Shown one piece after another: positions 44,897 through 56,803 of a DNA stretch of 64,000 nt. Source of the stretch: an uncultured Hormoscilla sp. (GTDB lineage Bacteria > Cyanobacteriota > Cyanobacteriia > Cyanobacteriales > Desertifilaceae); the NCBI GenBank assembly GCA_963921275.4, contig OZ001293.3, positions 1,472,001 to 1,536,000 on the forward strand. The letters are read 5' to 3'. The translations under genes were made by a program, and so were the position numbers. Each line of letters opens with the position of its first letter. Positions within the stretch are counted from its first letter, which is position 1. The notes below the pieces were generated by a model. That model was given only the letters and a program-made list of their open reading frames with translations. It did no database searches and was not told the origin of the DNA.

Positions 44897-45769
44897 GGGT
44901 GTGTCATCAATCAAATTGCTTGACAGAAGTAGATGGATACGGTATGGAGTCCTTATCCAGCAATAACAATCAAGAGGGCATGATATGAGACGCTATGGCT
45001 TGCGAGACGACCAGTGGGAACGGATCGAACACCTTTTACCTGGTAAAGAGGGTGACCCAGGCGCTACAGCCAAGAACAATAGATTATTCGTGTTCTGCCG
45101 TATTATATCGATATCGTGCTGGCATTCCCTGGCGGGATTTACCGGAGTGTTTTGGGGATTTTCGGGTTGTTCATACCCGCCATACCCGTTGGTCTGAAAA
45201 GGGAGTTTGGAAGCAGGTATTCGATGTCTTGGCCTCAGACGCCGATAACGAATACGCCGCGATTGATGCCACCATCCTGCGTGCCCATCAACGAGCGTGC
45301 GGGTGCAAAAAAAAACACCCTCAGATACGTGCGAAACCCAAGCCATAGGCCGTAGTAAAGGGGGACTATCGACAAAGATTCATGCCACTTGCGATTGCCC
45401 AAGGCAATCCCACAGGATTTCATCTTACCCCTGGCCAAGCCCACGACGGGAAAGGCGCTGACGTGCTATTGGATAAAATCGGTGAGATTGGCGCGCTGCT
45501 TGCAGATAAAGCCTATGATGCGGAACAACGTGTGCTCGAGCGCCTGAAAGAGGCGGATTGAATGGCTGTCATTCCTCCAAAAAGTAACCGCACAGAACAC
45601 AGAGAAGACGATGAAGAAATGTACAAGTGGCGGCATCTAATTGAAAATCTATTCCAAAAACTCAAGCAATACAGGGCTCTGGCGACACGCTACGATAAAA
45701 CGGCTCGCAATTTCTTGGGTGCCATCTACCTCGCGGCAGCTGTAATATGGCTTAATTGATGACACGCCC
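44897..45769 (+). mobile_element. IS5 family (IS427 group) element, transposase pseudogene
   Basis: TIR gggtgtgtcatcaa / ttgatgacacgccc with TA flanks; [39 protein letters not shown]...ATRYDK; extra frameshifts and TGA at 45558-45560. Confidence 0.9.
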
Positions 45770-46055
45770 TAGCTATTAGCAGGGGGTTTGAACCCCCTGC
45801 GGGCTGACAACGAAGCCAGAAAATTACAGGAAGTCAAAGTGTAGCACTCTTTTTTCAAAATGGTATAACTTATGAAGAGCGCGAGGGCGAACCACTGCAC
45901 GAGCCCTAGTATATACTGCGCGCGGTCAGGACTTGCGTTTTTCGCACGCCCCCAACTGAATTGGTCCAAACCCTTTCCCTGTCAAGGGTTGAGGCGAAAA
46001 TTTTCCTCCTGGAAAAAAGCTCAATTCGTTCCCGTGCCGAGTATATCGGAAGTCG

Positions 46056-46492
46056 AAACTGTGAGTAGGTGCCGGTGACAAAAGTGTGCTCGCGCCTCAT
46101 TGTACCGGCAGTCTATACGCAAGCGGATGTATCAGCTAAGGGGCGTGAGCCCCGTTTCAGAACTGGCCAAAAAAGCGAGTGTCTTATGGCCACTTTGATT
46201 ATCGGTTTAGAGGCAATAGTTCACAAATTTTGCAGGTATCAGAACACCTAAAGAGTCACTAAACTGCGAGTAGGTGTTGGTGATATCGGAGCGCTCGGGA
46301 CTATTACACTAGCAGTTGATACGCAAGTGGACGTATCAGCTAAGGGGCGATCGCCCTTGCTTCAGAACCGGTCAAACAAGTATTATGGCCACTTTGAGCA
46401 CCGGTTTATAGGCGACAGTTCACAAATTTTGTAGGTATCAGAACACCTAAAAAGTTACCGAACTGCGAGTAGGTGCCGGTGAGACTAGAGCG
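46056..46492 (+). repeat. Array of about 200-bp structured non-coding direct repeats (units start 46056, 46261, 46460 partial)
   Basis: Shared blocks aactg[t/c]gagtaggtg, gtatcagctaaggggcg, ttatggccactttga, agttcacaaattttg and aggtatcagaacacctaaa; compensatory changes in hairpins. Confidence 0.85.
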
Positions 46493-46530
46493 CGGGTGCG
46501 GTCAAAAGTAGTTGCAATAGGAGAATCATC

Positions 46531-46552
46531 ATGTTAAGTTCAACATTATTTA
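46531..46552 (+). pseudogene. 5' stub of an unknown gene (MLSSTLF...) cut by IS982
   Basis: AGGAG at 46519-46523, ATG at 46531, IS end at 46553. Confidence 0.5.
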
Positions 46553-47502
46553 ACTCAAGTTGCTACCTATTAAAAAAAAAATGGATTACCCACTTAGAGA
46601 TTTCCGATATTTGTGTTTTTTGGTAGTCACAGAAATATATTATTTTTATGCTATCAGTAGCCATCCCTGTTTATAGGTTATAATGTACTAAAATAACAGT
46701 TGATTGCGGTAGATTATGGAAAATATGATTATAACAATTTTTGTTCTTGGCGATGAACTGCTAAAAGCACTCAATATCAAAGAAGATCCACAAGTAAAAA
46801 TGAATAATGCGGAGGTGATGACAGTAGGATTAGTTGCTGCTTATTTTTTGGGAGGGCGATAGAGATCGTCAATTTATAGCAGAACATAACTAGATCAAAA
46901 ATCTGTTAAGTAAGAGTAGGTTTAATCGTCGAAAACATAAGATTGATGAAACAATTGTATGGGAGTTTATTTCAAGCAATGGCTCAATCATTCGCTAACT
47001 CCGGGTCAAGAATATATTATCGATAGTTTCCCTGTGCCAGGATGTGACAACATTAGGATCGATAGATGTAAAATTTATACAGAAGAAGAATATAGAGGAT
47101 ATATCGCCAGCAAAAAACGTTATTTTTATTGAGAGTTCATATGTTAGTCAACAAAACTGGTAAACCAATAGAATTTTATTTTGCTCCTGGTAGTTGTAAT
47201 GATGCGAAAATTCTCCAATTGCTTTGATTTGCCATCAAAAGTTTATGGAGACAAAATTTATAACAATTATCAATTAGAAGATTTACTAAAAGAGTCAATG
47301 AATATAATGTTCAAACATTTGCGTAAAAAGAACGCGGGTTCAATATGTACAGAACGTAACTAGAAAACAAGTAGAAACATGCTTTAGTCGAATAACTAAT
47401 TTGTTTCCTAAGTCCTGCTGTTACATCCAAAGGGTTCGAGTTAAAATTAATTCTCTTTATCATAGCTTTTTGTGTTCAATTTTTATAGGTCGCAACTTAA
47501 GT
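46553..47502 (+). mobile_element. Degenerate IS982-family copy without target duplication
   Basis: TIRs actcaagttgctacct / aggtcgcaacttaagt; same lesions as the 40893 copy; flanks ttattta vs taaaata. Confidence 0.88.
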
Positions 47503-47513
47503 TAAAATAAATT

Positions 47514-48728
47514 ATGATTTCTACTTCTGTTATCCCCCCTGCGATCGATCTCTCCGGGGTGAGATTAGAGATTAGAGCCTTACAGCCACAGCTGGTAGAA
47601 TGGCGCAAAAGGTTGCATCAGCGACCGGAACGGGGCTTTAAGGAGCAGTTGACAGCCCAGTTGATTTGCCAAAAGTTAACTTCATGGGGCATCGAGCATC
47701 TTCCAGGCGTAGCTGAGACTGGAGTGGTAGCCACGATCCCCGGATCGAAACCAGGACCCGTGCTCGCCATTAGAGCAGATATGGATGCACTGCCTATCCA
47801 AGAATTGAACGATGTGCCCTATCGATCGCAGCATGATGGAGTCATGCATGCTTGCGGTCATGACGGACATACGGCGATCGCCCTAGGGGTAGCCAAGTAT
47901 CTGGCCTCCCATCAGCAGGACTTCGCGGGCACAGTAAAGATCCTCTTCCAACCGGCTGAGGAAGGACCGGGAGGTGCTAAACCGATGATTGCAGCGGGAG
48001 TGTTGGAAAATCCTGACGTAGATGCCATTATCGGCTTGCACCTGTGGAATAATCTGCCCTTGGGCAGATTAGGCGTGCGCAGTGGCCCATTGATGGCCGC
48101 AGTGGAGATGTTTGAGGCTCACATTTTGGGCAAAGGGGGACATGGTGCTATGCCCCATCAAACCATTGATGCGATCGTGGTCAGCGCCCAAATTGTCAAT
48201 GCCCTACAGACGATTGTGGCCCGGAACGTCGATCCAATCAAGTCGGCGGTCGTCACCATCGGAGAACTCTATGCTGGCACGGCCAAAAACATCATTGCCG
48301 ATACCGCCCGGATGAAGGGCACGGTGCGGTATTTCGATCCGGCCTTCAAGGGATATTTCGGGCAGCGAGTCGAGCAAATTATTGCCGGTGTCTGCCAGAG
48401 TCACGGAGCCAGTTATAAATTAAACTACTGGAGTTTTTATCCACCCCTGATCAATGATGCTGGCATGGCTGAATTAGTCCGTTCGGTAGCTTTAGATGTA
48501 GTGGAGACACCAGCAGGAGTAGTCCCAGAATGCCAGACAATGGGGGGAGAGGACATGGCCTTTTTCCTACAACAGGTGCCAGGGTGCTATTTCTTCCTGG
48601 GTTCTGCCAACCCCGACAAAGGTTTAGCCTATCCCCATCACCATCCCCGCTTTGACTTTGATGAGATCGTCTTGCAGGTGGGAGTAGAAATGTTCGTCCG
48701 CTGCGTAGAAAAGTTTTGTCAGACGTAG
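47514..48728 (+). CDS. M20 family amidohydrolase (N-acyl-L-amino acid amidohydrolase-like)
   Basis: RADMDALP, MHACGHDGH, FQPAEE, GGHGA, GEDMAF, HHHPRF. Confidence 0.93.
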   Translation: MISTSVIPPAIDLSGVRLEIRALQPQLVEWRKRLHQRPERGFKEQLTAQLICQKLTSWGIEHLPGVAETGVVATIPGSKPGPVLAIRADMDALPIQELNDVPYRSQHDGVMHACGHDGHTAIALGVAKYLASHQQDFAGTVKILFQPAEEGPGGAKPMIAAGVLENPDVDAIIGLHLWNNLPLGRLGVRSGPLMAAVEMFEAHILGKGGHGAMPHQTIDAIVVSAQIVNALQTIVARNVDPIKSAVVTIGELYAGTAKNIIADTARMKGTVRYFDPAFKGYFGQRVEQIIAGVCQSHGASYKLNYWSFYPPLINDAGMAELVRSVALDVVETPAGVVPECQTMGGEDMAFFLQQVPGCYFFLGSANPDKGLAYPHHHPRFDFDEIVLQVGVEMFVRCVEKFCQT

Positions 48729-48751
48729 GACGGGCGGATCGCCTGTCCGGA

Positions 48752-48845
48752 GGTAGTCTGTCAGCCCACTCAATGGCCACAATGCCCAAGGGAAACTCTA
48801 AACCCTCCCAGTAGGTTTCTGGGTGCAAGGCAGCTACTTCTGCCG
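48752..48845 (-). pseudogene. tsaE: Short internal fragment of tRNA threonylcarbamoyl ATPase TsaE
   Basis: EVAALHPETYWEGLEFPLGIVAIEWADRLP resembles the C-terminal part of cyanobacterial TsaE. Confidence 0.55.
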
Positions 48846-48849
48846 GTTA

Positions 48850-49060
48850 TAACCGGTACAAAATTCTTTTGGTTTTGAGTAAATTGATACATAAGCGCCG
48901 TCATTGTCCCATATTCTCAGTCCCATGTCCGGTTCTAAGGAGGCTATAGTCTTCTTTAAACCTTATATCTAAGACCCAATGGAGACTGTTTTCAACCCCC
49001 CAATGAGAGCGAATCGCTTTCGCCAAAACCGTAGCATCTGCTAGTGGTAAACTTTCCTGC
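48850..49060 (-). mobile_element. ISAs1 family transposase C-terminal fragment
   Basis: AIRSHWGVENSLHWVLDIRFKED motif followed by an in-frame stop. Confidence 0.8.
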
Positions 49061-49133
49061 AGGAGTTCTGACTCTGGGGAAAAAGAGCGATCGGGCAATA
49101 TGCAATTAACAATATGCAATTAACAATATGCTA

Positions 49134-51450
49134 TTAGCTATTCAAAACAATGTCGATCGACCGATCGATCAAATCAACAGCTTCTGACTCATAGTGATAG
49201 GTTTTCGTCTTAAACTTCATCTCCTCCATTTGTTCCAGTTGTTTAGAAGGGAGATGTTTGTATTTATCTTGATACAGCTGCAAGGTCAGGCTACCGATTT
49301 TCGTCCTCTGCCCTGTGGTTGCTTGAATGCCCCGTTCTTTGAGTCGCTTGGCGACGGAAACGGTGGCTGTCGTTCCACTCTTTACTGTACGCTTTTTCTT
49401 CAAGCTGTCCAATGTTTGAGTCAGTTGCTCGACTGTTGAGATCAATTGCGTTTGTAACTGAGTATATCGTCTTGCGGGTTTGTCTGTAGCCACCGCAATC
49501 TCTAAAGCTTTGGTCTGTCCCACTGCCATAAATGTACTACTAGCGCGAGTCATGGTAGTATAGAGTAACTGGCGAGTCAGCATGTAGCGATCGCAGAGCA
49601 GCAGGGGCATAATCACATGGGTAAATTCAGAACCCTGGGACTTGTGGCAGGTCAGACAGAATGAATGCATAATCTGTTCCAGTTCGGACTGCTTGTAGTG
49701 AACGATCGCGCCCTCCTCAAATTCCACTGTTACCAGTTGATTTTTCGAGTCAACTGACACAACGATGCCAGTTTCTCCATTCATCACGGCGGGTGCGGTG
49801 TCGTAGCGATTTTTGAGTTGAATCACGCGGTCATTCACGCGGTAGACGACCTCATTCCACTCCACCTCGGCACTGTCGGGCAGTTTAGGATTAAAGATGG
49901 GCTGAAGCAGAATATTCAGATTGCGAACGCCACAGACACCCTTCTTTTGAGGTGCTAATACCATCAGAGATTTAGTTAAATCGACATCCTCTGCTTTCAT
50001 GGCCACTGCCAATTCAAAAATTGCCTGGGCTGTGGCTTCCGGTGTCGGGGTTTCCCACATGGCGCAATCTCCCACATCCATCCATTGTTTTGCCTGCTTA
50101 AACTCGTGCAGTTTTGGTATTTTACCTCTGTTAACATCTTCTGCTGCATAGATAATCGGGCTTTCATGTCGCTGTCGATGGATCTTCTGCAATCGGGTTG
50201 TGGGCACCATTTCCGAGATCTGCAAATCTCGCAGCACCATCCCGGGCCCGACACTGGGTAATTGGTCCGAGTCTCCCACTAGCAAGACTTTTGCTCTTGC
50301 GGGTAAGGCTTTCAGCAGGGAGTTAAACAGGAATATATCCACCATTGAGAATTCATCAACAATTAGCCAGTCGATATCCAGCGGATTCTTATCATTATAA
50401 AGAAAAGCTTGCCCTGCTCCCTGCCACTGTAGTAAGCGATGAATGGTGTATGCTTCTGTATCCGTGGCGTTTTTCATGCGGCTGGCGGCCTTGCCTGTGG
50501 GGGCGGCGAGAGCTACTTTCAAGTCCTTGAATTCTAACCACTGCACTAAAATCTTCAGTATATAGGTTTTGCCTCGTCCCGGTCCCCCAGTCAGGATGCT
50601 GAAGGCATGTCTTTCTGCCATAAATAAGGCTTGACGTTGTTCCTCGCTCAGATTGTACCGCTCGTCCTACTGCACTCTCATAACGAAGCAAACACTCTTC
50701 TAGGTCTTCTGTTGGTTGAGTAGGTTGCCCGAGAAACCAGATCGCCTGCAACGCTACTCTCAGTTCGATGCGGTAGACCCCTCTCAGGTAGATACTCCCC
50801 GATAATAATCCTGCTGCTAAAGTCTGGTTCTGTTTTCCCTTGCCGATCGCCTCTTGCACTGCCGATATGCTTGGGGTATGCTGGGGAAGCTCTAGCAGCT
50901 TTATTGCACGATTAATCAGTTCCGTTTCTGGCAGGAAGCAATGACCTTGACTTTGGGCATCTTTGAATACTTGAACAAGCCCTTGGAGATACCTGCTCTC
51001 GCTATCGGGCTCTATGCCTAAGGAGCGGGCGATCGCGTCAGCAGTCTTAAACCCAACACCATCGACTTCATCGATTAACCTGTAGGGATCGCTTTCAAGT
51101 ACATTCATGGTATCCTGCTGGTAATGCTCGCAAATCTTCATGGTTAACCCCAATGAAGTTCCATGTCCTAAGAGCAGGGCCACAGCAGGGTAGGCCGGGT
51201 TTTCTTTACTCTTGGACCAAGCTTCGGTAATGTCGCCGATGCGGTGCCGATCTAGTCCGGGGATTTGATAGAGTTGTTCTGGAGAGTTCTCTAGTACAGA
51301 GAGGGTAGCAGTGCCGAACTGGGCGACTAGCTTAGATGCCGTCTTTTCGCCAATCCCTCGAAACAGTCCACTGGAAAGATATTGCTCGATTTCGGCATTG
51401 GTGAGTGGGGGAAGTTGATTAGCCTGATTTGATTCACTCTCTTTTAGCAT
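49134..51450 (-). pseudogene. recD2: RecD2-like ATP-dependent DNA helicase, frameshifted at about 50656-50670
   Basis: HhH motifs GIGEKTA and GVGFKTAD, GGPGRGKT, APTGKAA, DEFSM, GDSDQLPSVG, HKSQGSE; two overlapping ORFs. Confidence 0.85.
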
Positions 51451-51798
51451 AGAAGTCCTTGGTTTGGCTTTTGTTCGAGTTTAAGAAAGAATTTATACTC
51501 GCTGCTGATCGTTAGCCCCTTACCAGCAGCCCAGAAACCAGGTTAAAGGGAAAAACCTGGTTTCTTAATTCTTGCGTTGAGATGATCCTAGGGCGATCGC
51601 TTATGATATGTCTTAAGCTAGAACCTCGGTACTGATACCGGGTAACTCTGGTCAGATCTTTGATATCTCGTTAATAGCTGCACTCCGAGACCCGGTTTCT
51701 AGCTTCTACTTGACCGATGCCCTAGCAACCCCACGATCTGACCGCTGACCACTGACCACTGACCACATCATATCTCAGAGGAGACCATCTGTAAGTTT

Positions 51799-54230
51799 AT
51801 GCTTCATATCAGACCTGTGACTGTGATCCTATCGGCAAGCATTCTAGCATTGATGGCTGGATGTGCCCAAGAGCAACCTCCAGCGACGGCACCGGATCGC
51901 CCGCCAGTCAGCAACGAAGATCCGATGTCTGAGGGGTTTTTGCGCCAGCGCAGCGGCTGCGCAGCCGCTAGCATCCCGAAGACATCGAAGGGGACTGTGA
52001 CAGAACTCACTGAACCGCAGATCCAGTTGAGTCTGGTGCCTCCAGATAATCCCGACCCTGCTACTAATGCCCAAATTCAACAATACCTGAACGGGTTGGC
52101 AGCCAAAGGACATCTCTCCCAACGCCAAGGAGTCTGGATCCAATCTGGCAATACCCTGCTGGCAAATCACCAAGGCACAGTGCCTCTGCCTGCTGCTTCC
52201 GTGACTAAGGTGGCAACAACTCTGGCGGCCCTAGAAACTTTTGGCCCCGATCATCGGTTTGTGACTTTAATTAGCGCTACCGGACCAATATATGAAGGGG
52301 TGCTACAAGGTGACTTGGTGGTCAAGGGGGGAGAAGACCCGTTTTTTGTCTGGGAAGAGGCGATCGCCCTAGGCAACCTATTAAATCAGCTGGGCATCAG
52401 GCGGGTAGCGGGTAATCTGATAATTGTGGGCAAATTTTATATGAACTTTGAGGCTAACCCACTCACAGCTGGCAAACTATTACAGCAAGGGTTAAATTAT
52501 CAGACTTGGTCAGCTCAAGTAGAAACCCAATATCGCACCTTGCCCCCAGGCATCCCTCGACCCCAGGTAATTATTAACGGTTTCGTGTGGTTTGCTCTGG
52601 GAAATCCTCCCAATGCCCAGACTATGGTGCGCCATTATTCTTTTCCCCTGGCGGAACTGCTCAAGAAGATGAATCGCTATAGTAACTCAAGTTGCGACCT
52701 ATAAAAATTGGATACAAAAAGCTATGATAAAGAGAATTATTTTCAACTCTAATCCCTTAGATGTAACAGCATGAATTGACTTGGGAAACAAATTGGTGAT
52801 TCGACTAAAACAGGTTTCAACTTGTTTTCTTGTTACTTTTTGTATATATTCAAAACAAGAATATTCTTTTCTTTTTGAGTTCTTTTTTCGCAAAGGTTTT
52901 AACATTATACTTGACGACTCTTTTAGTAAATCCTCTAATTGATAATCATTATAAGCTTTATCTCCATAAACTATTGAATTTGATGGTAAGTCAAAGCCAA
53001 AAGATTGCAAAACTTTAACATCATTATAACTACCAGGATCTAGATAAAATTCTATTGGCTTTCCATTTTTGTTTACCAACATATGAACTCTTAATCCATA
53101 AAAATAACGTTTTTTACTGGCAATATACCCTCGATATTCTTCCTTGTTATAAATTTGGCATCTATCAATCCTAATATTATCACATACTGGCACCGGGAAA
53201 CTATCAAGAATATATTCTTGACCCGGATTGAGCTCTTTAAATGTTTGAGCTATAACTTGGAAGAAAAACATCCAAATTGGTTCCTCAATATTGTGTAATC
53301 GACGATTGAACCTACTTTTACTTAACAGATTTTTTATATACTTGTGTTGGACCATAAATTGACAAGAGCGATCGTGGTGTCCTCCGAAAAAATATGCAGC
53401 AACTAATCCGACTGTCATCACTTCGGCATTGTTCATTTTTACTTGTGGATCTTCTTTTATATTTAACGCTTTTAGTAGCTCGTCACAAAGAACAAAAATT
53501 GTTGTAATCATATCTTCCATCATCTACATCCCCCAGCAATTAACTATTATTTTAGTACATTATAACCTATAAACAGCCAACCCGCCGTCTAGCACAAAAA
53601 AAATATAATTTTGTATCAAAAGCTACGAAATATTCCAAATATCTGTAAAGTATAAGTGGGTAATTCATATTTTTTTTAATAGGTCGCAACTTAGGTTATA
53701 GTAATAACTTGATGGCTGATATGCTAGCTAATACTGTGGGCGGTGCTCGGGTAGTGGCCCTCAAGGCTGCCGATCGCGCTGGGGTGCCCAGGGGCGAAAT
53801 TCAACTCGTTAATGGTTCTGGTTTGGGTGTCACTAATCAGATCTCTCCCCGGGCTGCTGTGGCCTTGTTTCTGGCGATCGAGCGCTATCTCCAGCCCTAT
53901 AATATGACTGTAGCCGATCTGTTCGCGATCGTCGGACAAGATGAAGGCATATTAGAGACTCGCCCCAGGATCCCTCAATTAGCAGTGGTCAAATCAGGCA
54001 GTTTGAATAATGTCAGTACCTTAGCAGGTGCCTTACCAACTCGGGAGCAAGAAACTGTCTGGTTTGTAATCATGAATTTTGGCAATGATTTAGTCGGATT
54101 TCGTGCCGAACAAGAAGCTTTATTACAGACTTTTGTCAAGCATTGGGGAGCAGTTTCATCTCTTCCTCCAGAGTTAAAACCATTACCCCAAAGGAAGAGC
54201 AAAACTTCTCGCAGTGAAATTGCTAACTAG
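51799..54230 (+). pseudogene. dacB: D-alanyl-D-alanine carboxypeptidase (peptidase S13, PBP4) lipoprotein split by IS982
   Basis: Lipobox MAGC, ASVTK (SxxK), MNRYS|NNLMAD (SxN interrupted), KSG motif in the 53709-54230 half. Confidence 0.88.
52685..53696 (-). mobile_element. IS982 family element with intact transposase (CDS 52699-53523)
   Basis: 1012 bp, TIRs, 7-bp TSD TATAGTA, DDE motifs (LDSFP, GDKAY, VET). Confidence 0.95.
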
Positions 54231-54484
54231 CTAATTGTGAATTGTGAATTGCTAATTGCGAATCGCTCAAGAGCATAGGGAAAGATGGTGACGGAACCAG
54301 CTTATAGGTTGGGTTTCGTGCCTCAACCCAACCGGAGGCTCAATTTTCCATTCTCAATTTTCTATTCTCAATTCTACATTTTCCATTTCTCAAAGATATC
54401 CTTGCGTTTTTGAAGCCAGAGTGTGACTGGCAGATAGACTATCTCGTGCAGAATCAGCATAGCCCAATATAGCTGCGATTACCT

Positions 54485-54960
54485 TGCCACTTTTCCTTCA
54501 TAAACATCAAAATAGTCCTCACTTCGCGCAGTTTGCATTGATTAAATTCAATAACTGACCAGCCCATCAATGGTCACCCGATCGCCGTCAGCAGCAATCA
54601 AATCTATTTCCAAGAATAGTTCGCCGATGTCACCAAATCTGCCATCAATCATATTTTACCACATGATCCTGTTTCATTGATACGGAAAATTACAAGCCAG
54701 CCACTAGAATATTTCTGACGATATTTTTGCATAGCAACATCTTCTTCCGCATGAAATAGTCTCCGGCCTTTGGCTCAATGACGATCGACCAGTTATAGTA
54801 GTCGGCTATTAGTTCAGGCCGTACCAGCTCAAAGACTTCGCGACAATGCTCTATACGTGCTTCTCTTTGAGCTTTCCGTCTTGCTAATTCTTCTGGCGAT
54901 CGTGTATTCTGGGAATATTCTTCCCCGACGCGCAATGGTTTTTGGGACTGACTGGGTCAT
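54485..54960 (-). pseudogene. Degraded two-gene module: hypothetical protein (54649-54960) plus aspartyl-protease-like gene (from 54652)
   Basis: GGAGG RBS, MTQSVPKTIARRGRIFPE ... FRINETGSCGKI* overlapping MIDGRFGDIGELFLEIDL; both frameshifted. Confidence 0.55.
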
Positions 54961-55144
54961 GTTATCTCCTCCCTGTTTACGTTCGTAGTAAGAACTTTAG
55001 TTCTTGCCCGTTCGCGCCCGGAAGCACGCTTCGTGCTTACTACGAACCTGCCTGGAAGCACGCTTCGTGCTTACTACGAACCAGATCACACTTCTTGATT
55101 TGTTGCCTTTCTCGCTGCAACTCAGATGGCACTATTTTTTGCCT

Positions 55145-56126
55145 TTATAGTTCCGGATGCTGTTCGTGAAACAGTTTTTCTGTCAGCTGCTCGACTTCCT
55201 GTTCTATATTATTTCTCAGAAGCATCCATTCCTTCGCCAAGTCAGTTTCGTCCTCCTGAATTTTTCTGCCTTGTAACTCAGGATGTCGGGCATAATATAA
55301 TCTGTCTGCGAGCGCATCCAATTGCTCTTTACTATTCTCTCCCTCCAAGGACAGATGTATCAAACTTCGCTTTAACTTAGGACCGGGAGTATGCTCTGAG
55401 GATCCAGACCCAAAGGGTGAGGATCCCAAATAATCTCACAGGTGTTCGGGTCTATATCTAACTCTTGAGGCATCTTTCCCGTCAGCAGATAAATTGCCGT
55501 TAGTGCCAAACTATACAGACCGCTAGAGTAAACAGGTTTGCTAGCAGCTTGTTCCGAGGCCATGAACCCGTACCAATAATCATCGAGTTTCTGGACTCTC
55601 CCTGGAGATTGACTGCCGTTGCCATAGTTTCCTTAACTGCACCGAAATCAATCAAGACAGGTTGGCGATCGCTGCTGCGGAGGATAATGTTATCAGGTTT
55701 AATGTCTCTGTGAACAATACCTTTACTGTGGACAGTAGTCAAGACAGGCAGGAGAGAGACTAAGATTTCCCGTACAGCAGTTTCGCCGAGGGGCCCTTCG
55801 GACGACACTAAGTCAGTGAGGGTGAGGCCATCAATCCATTCCTGAACGAGATAGAATTGGTCAGCAGACTGAAAATAGGCATATAATTCGGGAATTTGAC
55901 GGCTTTGCTGGCCCAGTTCTTCTAAGATAGTAGCTTCTCGTTGAAACCGTTGTTGGACCATCTGCTGAATATGGGGGTCACCAGTAACCGGTTTGAGGCG
56001 CTTAATGACGCAGCGGCGTTTTGAAGGCATATGGGTATCTTCAGCGAGGAAAGTTTCGCCAAACCCGCCAGTACCCAAGTCACCGAGGATCCGATAGCGA
56101 TCGAGCAATAGAGTTTGAGGCATCAT
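55145..56126 (-). pseudogene. Ser/Thr protein kinase, frameshifted
   Basis: LGTGGFG, VIK, HRDIKPDN, DFG; frameshift at the IGT(PG)FM activation segment near 55567, and again further downstream. Confidence 0.85.
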
Positions 56127-56302
56127 CAGGTATCAGAGAATATATCAGCAACTTGATTCCGATTTTAAGTAATTAATAGCTTGCGTTCCCGTTCGCCGCC
56201 GCCGTCACCCTTTAGGGTGCGGCTACAAGAACAAAGCCCGCGCGGGCTATAGTGTTGACTGGATAAGGGATGAGGGCGTTTTGGGAAAATGAAATCGCTC
56301 CC

Positions 56303-56428
56303 GTTCGTAGTAAACACTTTAGTGTTTGCCATTCGGTTCGTAGTAAACACTTTAGTGTTTGCCATTCGGTTCGTAGTAAACACTTTAGTGTTTGCCATTC
56401 GGTTCGTAGTAAACCCTAAAGCGTTTGC
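56303..56428. repeat. 33-bp tandem repeat x3 plus a variant (REP-like gttcgtagt + hairpin)
   Basis: gttcgtagtaaacactttagtgtttgccattcg repeated without spacers. Confidence 0.9.
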
Positions 56429-56803
56429 CCGATCGCCAACAGATTTTTTCCGTAAAAAGTATACACAAAATATAGGCTATCGAGTATAATGAGAGAGTTA
56501 GCCGATAGGGAGGATAAAGTGAGTGCATCCGGTGTTTGCTTCTTGAAAATTGAGCAATTGTTAAGGAACTTCGATTAAACAAGATGTTCATCCCTAGAGC
56601 CCTAAACTCCTGACAGCGAGGGTGTAAAGGGCGAATTTAACAAGTTATTAATACCTTATTCCTAATTGAGATAGAGGCTATTTTACATCCGCAATTAGTA
56701 GTATTTAATGCCAAAACGCAAAAGTGAGATGCTCCCGATAAAGTTAACCTCTCCAAAGAGGCGATCGAGTAAAATAAAGAAGAGAGAGTGAATCGAAGAA
56801 AAA

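Noticed and set aside
46069..46251. 60-aa ORF as the coding unit of the 200-bp array
   Set aside because: The second unit has frame-breaking indels and stops; conservation follows base pairing rather than codons.
56303..56428. 33-bp repeats starting GTT as a CRISPR array
   Set aside because: Units are contiguous with no unique spacers, no cas genes are present, and the motif belongs to the dispersed REP-like family.
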